Source of the DNA: an uncultured Chloroflexia bacterium
GTDB lineage: Bacteria > Chloroflexota > Anaerolineae > B4-G1 > SLSP01
Reading direction: 5' to 3'
Length of the DNA stretch: 26,678 nt
Assembly (NCBI GenBank): GCA_963751345.1
Contig: CAVVUS010000046.1
Span: 1-26,678 of the forward strand
Shown here in pieces: positions 9,220 through 17,939 of the stretch (positions within the stretch are counted from its first letter, which is position 1; each line of letters opens with the position of its first letter). A program made the translations under genes and the position numbers. Under the pieces are notes generated by a model. The model ran no database searches. It was given only the letters and a program-made list of their open reading frames with translations, and was not told where the DNA came from.

Positions 9220-9277
9220 GCAGACGAACCGTAAACGCCAAAGTAGACGTGATATAGACGGGCGACGGCTATGATGG
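9220..9277 (+). promoter_or_regulatory. Promoter of the small ORF with four phased SARP-type direct repeats
   Basis: GCAGACG (9220), GTAAACG (9231), GTAGACG (9243), ATAGACG (9254) with spacing 11/12/11, then 9 nt and TATGATGG (9270-9277). Confidence 0.72.
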
Positions 9278-9313
9278 AGCTAGATTCTAACAGAAGGGAA
9301 GAGGAGGCGAGCG

Positions 9314-9511
9314 ATGTACCACTTTATGGATTCGCAGTTGGCGATGATGATGTACAAGGAACGCATCGAAGGACGACGGGAGCAGCCCATCGTCTTCGGA
9401 CGGTACGGACGCCCGCGACGGATGCGCCGCCGGCAGGCGCAGGGCCACGCCATCCGGATACCGCAGTTCGTCCAGACCGCCGCGCGGGCCGTGGCAAGCT
9501 GGCTGATGTAA
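9314..9511 (+). CDS. Small (65 aa) Arg-rich hypothetical protein, positionally AfsS-like
   Basis: Strong SD GAGGAGG (9301-9307), a dedicated promoter upstream and a hairpin downstream. Confidence 0.65.
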   Translation: MYHFMDSQLAMMMYKERIEGRREQPIVFGRYGRPRRMRRRQAQGHAIRIPQFVQTAARAVASWLM

Positions 9512-9538
9512 GCAGATCATTCGGCTATCAGCAGATTA

Positions 9539-9575
9539 GCAGAAGACGGGGCGCCTCGAGTGGCCCGTCTTCTGC
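9539..9575 (+). terminator. Stem-loop downstream of the small ORF (possible terminator or RNA stabiliser)
   Basis: Perfect 12-bp inverted repeat GCAGAAGACGGG / CCCGTCTTCTGC with a 13-nt loop; no U-tract. Confidence 0.45.
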
Positions 9576-9659
9576 ATAACGGGCCATCAGCGGACCCACA
9601 AATCAACCAATCCGCAGCACTTATCGCACATCCACGAAAACCGCTGTACACTATAGGCG

Positions 9660-12600
9660 ATGCAGAGGGATACACCGAACTTGCCTGAAGGTCGGCTCGT
9701 TCTCCTCGGGAGTCCACACGCCGAACTCGATGGCCAGGTGGTCACGATCGCACATCGCAAACCCCTGGCACTACTCGCCTATCTGGCTGTGATCAGGTGT
9801 GTTCAGAGCCGTGAAGACACTGGCGTCCCTGTTCTGGCCGGAACAGGAAACGTCGCGCGCGTATGCCTATCTGCGCAACGCCCTGTGGCAACTGGGCCAG
9901 ACCCCCTTTGGCCCTTGGCTGATCGTCGACCGGGATTCGGTCTCAGTCGCCGACGACCTATGGGTCGACGTGTCGCAGCTGGAGGCTGATCTTGCGGCTG
10001 CCCGTGCGCACAGTCATAACCCCGAGACTCTGTGCCCGGAATGTGTGGCCCATCTGGTCCATGCGCTCTCGCTCTACCAGGGCGACTTCATGACCGGATT
10101 TGCGCTGAACGACAGCCCCGAGTTCGAGGAATGGCAGTTCTTCCAGAGCGAGCACTTGCGCCAAGGGTCCGCCTACGCACTGGAAACCCTCACCCGCTAC
10201 TATGGCGCGACGGGTGATCTCGACGCGGCCCTGTCGACCGCGAGGAAATGGGCAGCCCAGGATCTGCTCAACGAGCCGGCACAGCGGGCACTGATGACGC
10301 TCTACGCGCAAGGCGGGCAGCGGACGGCGGCACTCCACCAGTACGATACACTCTTGCGCAACCTGAGGGCCGCCCGCCTCGGACCCTCAACCGAGACCGT
10401 TGACCTGTACAGGCGCATTCGAGGCGGGGAAATCGAGGTAGAGACGGCGGAGGTCGTGCCGAAGGCGCCGCAATCTCACGAGGCGTTTAGGGCCCATCAC
10501 AATCTCCCTGTGCAGACCACGACCTTCGTTGGGCGGGATGATGAACTTGCGGAGCTCTACGATCTTCTGGGCCTGCCCGAATGCCGCCTCGTGACCCTGA
10601 CAGGACCCGGAGGTATCGGCAAGACGCGCCTCGCGCTGCAGGCTGCGCAGGAGCAAATGAGTACTTTCTCAGATGGGGTTGTCTTCGTGCCTCTGGCCTC
10701 GGTCACGACGCTGGAGTCGATGATCCTGGCCATTGCCGATGCCCTCGGGACGGTGTTCTACCCGCAGAACTCGGCCGGTCCCTCCGAGCAGTTGCTGGCC
10801 TATCTTGATAGCCGGAAGATGCTACTGGTACTGGACAATTTCGAGCACCTCCTCGATCACGCCCAGCTCCTGGTGCAGATCATCGAGCACACGCCGGCGA
10901 CGAAACTCATCGCGACCTCGCGCGAGCGACTCAACATCCGTGGCGAATGGGTTCAGGAACTGCACGGCCTCACCTACACGGAGGGGAGCAGCCCGGAGAC
11001 CGCAGCGTCTGATGCGACCGAGCTGTTCATCGATACCGCCGAGCGCATCACAGCCACCTTCGCGCCGGACGACATCGAGTTGGAGGCGATCGGTCGAATC
11101 TGTAGGCTTGTCGAGGGCATGCCACTCGGCATCGAGCTGGCTGCGGCCTGGACGAAGATGCTCTCTTGCACTGAGATCGCGGAGGAGGTCGAGGCCAGTT
11201 TGGACTTCCTGACGGTCACGTTGCGCGATCTGCCGGAGCGCCACCAGAGCCTCAGAGCTGTATTCGCGCGTTCGTGGGGACTGCTCTCCGATGGAGAACG
11301 GCGTACCTTCCGCGCACTCTCTGTGTTCCGTGGCGGCTTCACACGCGAGGCCGCCCAGGCTGTCGCTGGCGCTACCCTTCCTGCGCTTTCGAGCCTCATC
11401 GACAAGTCCTTGCTCCAGCACAAGCCCGGCGGACGCTTCGAGATCCTGGAAGTCCTGCGCCAGTACGCAGAGGAACAGCTCTATGCGGTGGCGGGTGAGG
11501 CTGGCGAGGTCAGGAATCGGCACGCTTCGTACTATCTGAGCATGCTGCAGCGGATGGAGAGCTCCCTCAAAGGAGTCCCCGAACCGGGACGCACCGAGAG
11601 ATCACAGGGCCGGCCGAACTCCGTCAGCCAACTAGACGCCTTGGACCTGCTGCACCGCGACGTCGGCAATATCCGTGCCGGATGGTACTGGGCGCTTGAC
11701 AGCGCGGATTTCGGGGCAATCCAGAGGGCCGCCATGGGGCTCGGGCTGTTCTGCGAAATACGGAGCCGCTATCGAGAGGGTGAGCGCTTGCTCCGCGATG
11801 CAGTGGCGGCACTCTCTGCCTGCGAGCAGGAAGCACGCCCCGCACTCCTCGGCCTCCTTCTGGGCATCCAGGGTCAGTACCTATGCCGGTTCGGCAACGT
11901 CGAGGAAGGGTGCGCGATAATGGAGCGAGCTCGCGCTCTGCTCTTGCCGGAGAGCGATAGCTTTGCTTTTGCACTCGTCCAGGTACTCAGCGCATACATC
12001 GGCCTGGGGCTCTCATCCGAGCAACGCCAACAGCGACTGGAGGACAGCTTGCGCACCTTCCGTGAGTTGGGCGATATCTGGGGTGCCGCGCTGTCCTATG
12101 AGACCCTTGGCGAGCTATTCACGCAATTCGGCGACTACGCCGCTGCCGAGCCCTTGTTGCGAGAGAGCCTGGCGCTGCGACGCAGTACGGCAGACGAATG
12201 GGGCACGGCCATGTCCCTACACGCCCTGGGGACAAACGACCTCATCCAGGGAAAAGGGACGGAGGCGATGGAACACTACCTGGAGAGCCTATCTCTGCGC
12301 GAGCATCTCGGCAACCTCCACGGCGTCACTTCTCTGCAGACGCTGATAGGAGATTACCTCGCGCAGAGTGGTGATCTCGCCGCCGCGGAAGAGAACTATC
12401 GGCAGAGCATTGCCGGTTACCAGGAGATCGGCGATCCCCGGGGGGCCGCCCGGGCCTATGCAGCGGTGGGCAGCGTAGCCTACAGGCGCGGTGACCTCGA
12501 GGGCGCTCGAACGGCCCTGCTCTCAGCCGTGGAGCGCCTGCGACCGATGGGTTCGAGCCGGGAGCTATCGCAGGCCCTGCGGACGCTTGCAGAGATTGCG

Positions 12601-12762
12601 ATGGACTTGGATGAAGGCCCACGTGCCCACGCCTATCTCGATGAGAGCCTGGCCGTCTTGGAACAGCTCGGCGATCACGAGGGCATTGCGAACCTACAAC
12701 ACGATCTCGCGCGACTGCGAACGCTTACTGCGCCCGGAGACGAGACGGTCTCGCTGCTGTAA
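9660..12762 (+). CDS. AfsR/SARP-family transcriptional regulator: OmpR-type wHTH + BTAD + STAND (NB-ARC-like) ATPase + TPR repeats (+1 indel near 9815)
   Basis: LLGSP..RKPLALLAYLA..SRE.LA.LFWPE; BTAD LYQGDF..FEEW..DLLNE.AQRALM; NLP...TTFVGR; Walker A GPGGIGKT; Walker B LLVLDNFEH; TSRERL; EGMPLGIELAA; C-terminal TPRs. Confidence 0.92.
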
Positions 12763-13340
12763 TCAGAACCACGTCGTGACCTCATCGACGGACTTCCGGG
12801 GCCGCGGTCCGGGCGCCTCGTCGGGATAACCAAGCGAGACAGCGGCGACCAGCAGATGGCGCTCGCCCAGCCATTCGCACAGTTCCTCCTGTGCGTAGAA
12901 GACGTCGCAGATCCATAGCGTGCCCAGTCCACGATCGAGCGCAGCCAGCAGCATGTTCTGGATAGCAGCACCGATGGATTGTATGTCCACGATATCCATC
13001 AGGTCTCCGATCGACGCATGCCCGTCCCCGTCCACCGAAACCTGGCCGTCGAAGACGAAAATCGTCACGGGTGCCCGTGCCATAATGCCGGCCGTCCGGC
13101 GGCTGCTGCCGGGGTCGACGCCCTGGGCGACCCGCTCTCGATCCCCTGCCGCATCAGGTCGACCATCTCGGCCCGCTTCTCATCGCCCTGAACGACGACG
13201 AAACGCCACGGCTGGGTGTTCTTCCCGGAGGGCGCCAACGTGGCAGCCCGCAGGATGGCCCTGATATCGTCCTCGGACACCGCTCGATCCTGGTACCTGC
13301 GAATGCTTCGTCGCTGCTCGATTGCGTCGTGTGTCTCCAT
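12763..13340 (-). CDS. Nitroreductase-family protein (indel near 13138)
   Basis: AIEQRRSIRRY, APSGKNTQPWRFVVV, SIGAAIQNMLLAALDRGLGTLW and LGYPDE..PRPRK; SD GGAGAGG before ATG 13340. Confidence 0.9.
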
Positions 13341-13410
13341 TGACCTCTCCCTTCTCAGCATCCCGCCGCCGGCGGGTCCTCCTGACCGGTCTAGCGTGCT
13401 CGTCTCAGGG

Positions 13411-14269
13411 CTACAATGTCGCGACCGCGTCCACAATCGAGCGGAAGCCCGGATCGGTGTCGCAGAGTGTCCGCATCTCGGCGAACGCCGCATCGCCCTG
13501 GAGCGTCAGATCGGCGATGCGATCCATCATGGCCATCGCAGCATCACGATCCTCCACCTGCCCAAGATAACCCCAGCCGTGATCCCAGGGCAGGAGCTCC
13601 ACCTTGCTGAACGCCAGGAAGTCTCGGATGAGGTCGCCGTGCACGAAGTGAAGCCCGCCCTGCCCGAAGATGCCAAAGGTATCGGGTTCTGCCTGACCAG
13701 CCCGGCAGAGCTGCCAGGCCTGTCCGCCGACGATGAAGCGGTCGCGCGGCACATCCAGCGGGCTGAAATCGGGCTTAAGCACGTCCAGCATCAGTTCGTC
13801 GAGCTGGGCGTCGACCAGGACCCAGCGCTCCTTCGCCCGCATCCCAGACCTCCACGACCCAGTGGTCCTCGTAGTGGTCCGGCAGGAAGTAGGTTCCGAA
13901 CCCGCACCGGGCTCTGGCGGGCACGCCCTGGTGACGCAGGATGGCGGCCATCAGCACGGAGAAGTCCCTGCAGTTGCCGACCAGCTTACGCTCGTAGGGG
14001 CGAGCTTCGGCGAAAGGCCGATCATCCAGCGCAAAGAGGCGCGGCAATTGTGCCTCCACGCGACGCAACTGCACCTCGGCCTGCCTTTCGTCCGAGAGCT
14101 TCACACCGTGGCGCTCAGCCCAGAAGATATGCAGCATCACGCCCTGGACGACCCGGCAGAGGTCGCCGATATCTCGCGGCAGGCCATCGAACGCATCGGC
14201 GTATCTGCCCGGATCCGTGACGGGACCCTGCGTCGCATAGTAGCCCAACACATCCAGTTGATCTGACAT
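13411..14269 (-). CDS. Transglutaminase-like (Cys-His-Asp) domain protein (indel near 13836)
   Basis: GNCRDF (Cys), GVPARARCGF, DHWVVEVW (His) and WVLVDAQ (Asp); SD GAGGAGG before ATG 14269. Confidence 0.85.
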
Positions 14270-14386
14270 CGCTGCAAACCTCCTCTGTGGACACACACGT
14301 CCGACGGCAGACAGAAGACTCATCCTTACCAGTGTACCACGATTGCCCAAAGCTCATCCTAGCCACAAAACCTGCCAGACAGTGAC

Positions 14387-14411
14387 ATATTCTCGTCTGA
14401 AATGAGAATAT
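14387..14411. promoter_or_regulatory. Palindromic operator candidate in the divergent intergenic region
   Basis: ATATTCTC-N9-GAGAATAT perfect 8-bp inverted repeat in an AT-rich patch, lying between an extended -10 (TGgTACACT, minus strand, 14331-14339) and TAGAAT (plus strand, 14472-14477). Confidence 0.5.
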
Positions 14412-14518
14412 CTGTTCTAGCCACATCGGGATGCCCGCTTGAACTCATTCGACGAAATCGGCGGAGTGCCGTAGAATAGCCGCGGCAAGGAAATGCAGAA
14501 AACGATCGGGGAGATAGT

Positions 14519-15155
14519 ATGACGCCTGCCGAACAGATCGCCCTGTGGGCCGACCAACTGCGTGACATCTCGGCTATGGGACTGCACTACACCGACGGCC
14601 CCTATGACCGGCCGCGCTACGAGGCCATACAGAATGTGGCGATGGCGATGTCCGCTATGGCAACGGGGACCTCGCTCGACGCGCTGGAGCCCCTGCGAGC
14701 ACCGATCTTCTCGCGACCGACGCCCTTGACCACCGGTGACGCCGCCGTCATCGATCCGGCAGACGGCCGCATCCTGATGATTCGGCGCGCCGACAGCGGC
14801 CAATGGGCTATGCCGGGTGGCGGGCTACGAGGTCGGCGAGACGCCCGCTGAGGGCGTCGTGCGCGAGGTCCTGGAGGAGACCGGCATCCGGTGTGAGGCC
14901 ACAGACCTCGTGGGCATCTTCGATCGCGCCTCTGCGGCACCGTCAGCTCACACCACCTGTATCACTTCGTCTTCATGTGCCGCCCGCTGAACCGGGAGGC
15001 CCCCGTGCCCTCGCTGCACGCCGCAGGAGGTGCTGGAGGTCGCGTGGTTTGATGAACGCGAGGTGCCCCAGGACCTTTTCCCGGGCCACGCGGTCCGGCT
15101 GGCGGAGGTCTTCCGCTTCCTGCACGAGCAGGGACCGACCTACTTCGACAGGTGA
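14519..15155 (+). CDS. NUDIX hydrolase with N-terminal Nudix_N-like helical domain (about 3 indels)
   Basis: N-terminus WADQLRDISAMGLHY...YDRPRY; reconstructed Nudix box GG.EVGETPAEGVVREVLEETG; C-terminus EVAWF..PTYFDR*. Confidence 0.82.
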
Positions 15156-15164
15156 TCTCTCCCA

Positions 15165-16103
15165 ATGACATCATCTTCAATCCCCGAGACCGCTTCCGTG
15201 CCCGCACTACGCGCCACCGAGGGCTCGGCTACGGCCACCAACGTGGGTCTGGTCGCGATCCTCCTGATCTTCGACAGCCTTCACTTTGTCTTTGCCCGGC
15301 TGCTGCTGCCCCTCGTCGCCCCCACGATCTCAGCGACGTTGGTCCTCGCCGTTGGTACGGTTGAGGTGGGGATCTTCGGCATCGCCACCCGGCGAATACA
15401 CTGGAAGGTAGCACGGGACCATCTATGGCTCTTTGGGGCCATCGGTCTGCTGATCGCGGTCAGCACGGCTATCCAGTACGAAGCGGTGGCCTTCATCGAC
15501 GCGGGGACGGCCTCGCTGCTCAGCCAGACGACGGCGCTCTTCAGCCTCGGCTTTGGCCTCTTCTGGCTTCACGACCGGCTGACACCGCTCCAGATCGCGG
15601 GGGCCGGGCTGGCACTCGTCGGTCTCTTCGTGACTGCGTTTCAGCCGGGCGACTACCTGCGTCTGGGTGCCCTGCTCGTCGTCTCCTCGTCATTCATGTA
15701 CGCCCTCCACGCGGCCCTGTCGAAACGCTACGCCGGGGCGATCGGGCTGACCGATTTCTTCTTCTTCCGCCTCTTCTTTACCACCGCCGTCCTCGTCCCC
15801 ATTGCCGCGAGCCGGGGCATCCTGGCGTGGCCGACCCCGAAGGCGTGGGCACTGCTCGCGTTGGTCGGCACGGTGGACGTCGCGCTAAGCCGCACGCTCT
15901 ACTACTTGGCACTCCGCAGGCTGACGATGAGCATGCACACGATCGCGTTGACCCTGAGCCCGATCGCTGCCGTCCTGTGGGCGTTGCTGATCTTCGGCAC
16001 GCTGCCGACCGGCCGGCAGCTGCTGGGCGGCGCGGGGATCCTGGCCGGCGTGCTCATCGTGACCATCGGTCGATCCAAGACCACAGGAGTGAGTGAACTA
16101 TGA
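15165..16103 (+). CDS. DMT/EamA-family transporter
   Basis: About 10 hydrophobic segments in two EamA-like repeats (AVAFIDAGTASLL..L.DRLT; LYYLALRR..LSPI.A.LWA..G.LP). Confidence 0.88.
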   Translation: MTSSSIPETASVPALRATEGSATATNVGLVAILLIFDSLHFVFARLLLPLVAPTISATLVLAVGTVEVGIFGIATRRIHWKVARDHLWLFGAIGLLIAVSTAIQYEAVAFIDAGTASLLSQTTALFSLGFGLFWLHDRLTPLQIAGAGLALVGLFVTAFQPGDYLRLGALLVVSSSFMYALHAALSKRYAGAIGLTDFFFFRLFFTTAVLVPIAASRGILAWPTPKAWALLALVGTVDVALSRTLYYLALRRLTMSMHTIALTLSPIAAVLWALLIFGTLPTGRQLLGGAGILAGVLIVTIGRSKTTGVSEL

Positions 16104-17218
16104 GTCGTAACTTCGCAGAACTGCATCGACAGGTCGTCTTCGGCCAGTCAGAAGGCCGTATCATATGGCAGCCGCGGATCCTCGCGTGGATCACGGATCG
16201 GGAGTTTGCGGGCGAGGCCTTCCCCGCGCCCTTCACCGGGATGGACGTCTACCAGATCTACCGCAACCTCGACTGCTCGGCGCGCCTCTACGAGTACAAC
16301 GCGTGCTTCCGGCGGATCGAGCACCCGGCGGTAAGGTTCACCCACGAGAAACTCAGCGAGACAGACACCAAGACCACAATCCACACCCCCGTGGGTGACC
16401 AGATTATGGTGCTGCGAACCACCACCAGCAACTGGTACAACATCACCGTCAAGTGGGAGGTGGAGACCGAGGAGGAACTCAAGGTCGCCACATGGCGTGA
16501 GGAGAACGCAGATTGGGCCTGGGATCAGGCCACGTACGATCAGCTTCAGGCCACGGTTGGAGATCTGGGGGCCCCCACGATGTTCATGCCCCGGATGAAC
16601 GTCCAGAGCCTCTACATCGAGAAGATGGGAAGCCAGAACGGGATCTACGCGATCTATGACTGGCCCGATACCGTGGAGGGCTACTTCCAGGCGCTCGAAG
16701 AGAATCACGATCGCCTGATCGATATCATCAACGACTCGCCGGTTGACATCATCAACTATGGCGAGAACATCCACGCGGGCACACTGCCGCCCGCGTGGTT
16801 CGTGAAATACCACCTCCCTGCATGCCAGCGACGCTCCGACAAGCTGCACGCGGCGGGGAAGTGGGTCTGCTCGCACTGGGATGGGGACGTCAAGGCGCTG
16901 CTGCCCTACGCGAAGGAGACCGGGCTGGACGGCATCGAGGCCATCACCCCCTACCCTCAGGGTGACGTGACCCTGGAGGAGGTCAAAGAGGCCCTCGGCG
17001 ACGAGCTCTTCCTGTTGGACGGGATCCCCGCGATCTTCTTCGACAAGACCTTCTCGGTCGAGACGCTCGTGGCGTGCGCGGAGCGCGTCATCGAGCTCTT
17101 CGCGCCCAAGCTGGTCCTGGGCATCTCCGATGAGATCTCCTCGACCGGCGACCTGGAGCGCGTCCGCCTCGTGGGCGAGATCGTCGACGCATACAATGCA
17201 AGCATCGGCAATTCATAA
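16100..17218 (+). CDS. Uroporphyrinogen decarboxylase/MtaA-CmuA-like (URO-D superfamily) protein
   Basis: INYGEN..P.WF.KY.LP, CSHWDG..LLP, GLDGIEAITP.PQGD.TLEE.K.ALG and LVLG.SDE; ATGA overlap with the EamA stop. Confidence 0.75.
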   Translation: MSRNFAELHRQVVFGQSEGRIIWQPRILAWITDREFAGEAFPAPFTGMDVYQIYRNLDCSARLYEYNACFRRIEHPAVRFTHEKLSETDTKTTIHTPVGDQIMVLRTTTSNWYNITVKWEVETEEELKVATWREENADWAWDQATYDQLQATVGDLGAPTMFMPRMNVQSLYIEKMGSQNGIYAIYDWPDTVEGYFQALEENHDRLIDIINDSPVDIINYGENIHAGTLPPAWFVKYHLPACQRRSDKLHAAGKWVCSHWDGDVKALLPYAKETGLDGIEAITPYPQGDVTLEEVKEALGDELFLLDGIPAIFFDKTFSVETLVACAERVIELFAPKLVLGISDEISSTGDLERVRLVGEIVDAYNASIGNS

Positions 17219-17226
17219 CGGTTGTG

Positions 17227-17320
17227 GTAGAGACGTGCCGGTGGCACGTCTCGCGGACGCGACATCACACCGCTTCCGTGAAACTGCACCGCAGAAGGCG
17301 GGGCATCGCCTCGTCTATAC
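17227..17320. repeat. GTAG-type REP element plus a degenerate second copy
   Basis: GTAGAGACGTGCC-GGT-GGCACGTCTC (17227-17252) and a degenerate GCAGAAGGCGGGGCATCGCCTCGTCTATAC (17291-17320). Confidence 0.6.
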
Positions 17321-17344
17321 AACACTATCTCAGAGGAGAAACCA

Positions 17345-17929
17345 ATGGGTACCGTAACATTCAAGGACACATTTCGAGGCACGATGGATCAGGACTGGAC
17401 GTGGCTGCACGAGGCGTCCGAGGCGTGGCACGTCGGGTCGCGGGCGCTCCATATACGCGCGCTGCCGGGCACGCTGTGGGGCGACCGCGACGACGCGCGC
17501 AACATCCTGCTGCGCCCCGCGCAGCCCGTCGAGAACGGACTCGCCAGCGAGGTCACGATCCGAAATAGGCCGCAGATCCAGGGCGAGCAGGGCGGCCTGA
17601 TCTGGTACGTCGACGATGCGAACTACGTCAAGCTCGTCAAGGAGTGCCTGGACGGCAGCACGTGGATCGTGCTGGCCCGCGAGGAGGACGACAAGGGCAC
17701 GCTCGTGAACAGAATCCCCTACCCCGGAGACAGCGCTCACCTCAGGCTGTCGCTTTCCGAGGGCAAGATGGTGGGCCAGGTGCAGGCGGATAAGGGTGGC
17801 GAGTGGCAGACCGTTGGGTCGTGCGCGCCCTCAGAGACCGCCGAGGTCCGGCTGGGGATCTGCGTCCACGGTGGGTCGGAGGATGAGCCGCGGTGGGCCG
17901 AGCTCTCGACCTTCAAGGTTCGGAGCTGA
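17345..17929 (+). CDS. DUF1349/concanavalin A-like beta-sandwich protein
   Basis: W.WL.E...W, LHI.ALPGTLW..A.NILLR and EQGGLIWY.DD.NYVKL..E; beta-rich; SD GAGGAG. Confidence 0.7.
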   Translation: MGTVTFKDTFRGTMDQDWTWLHEASEAWHVGSRALHIRALPGTLWGDRDDARNILLRPAQPVENGLASEVTIRNRPQIQGEQGGLIWYVDDANYVKLVKECLDGSTWIVLAREEDDKGTLVNRIPYPGDSAHLRLSLSEGKMVGQVQADKGGEWQTVGSCAPSETAEVRLGICVHGGSEDEPRWAELSTFKVRS

Positions 17930-17939
17930 GGGTCATGCC

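Noticed and set aside
13216-14220. 334-aa plus-strand ORF
   Set aside because: Antisense shadow of the transglutaminase-like and nitroreductase genes; no motifs or SD.
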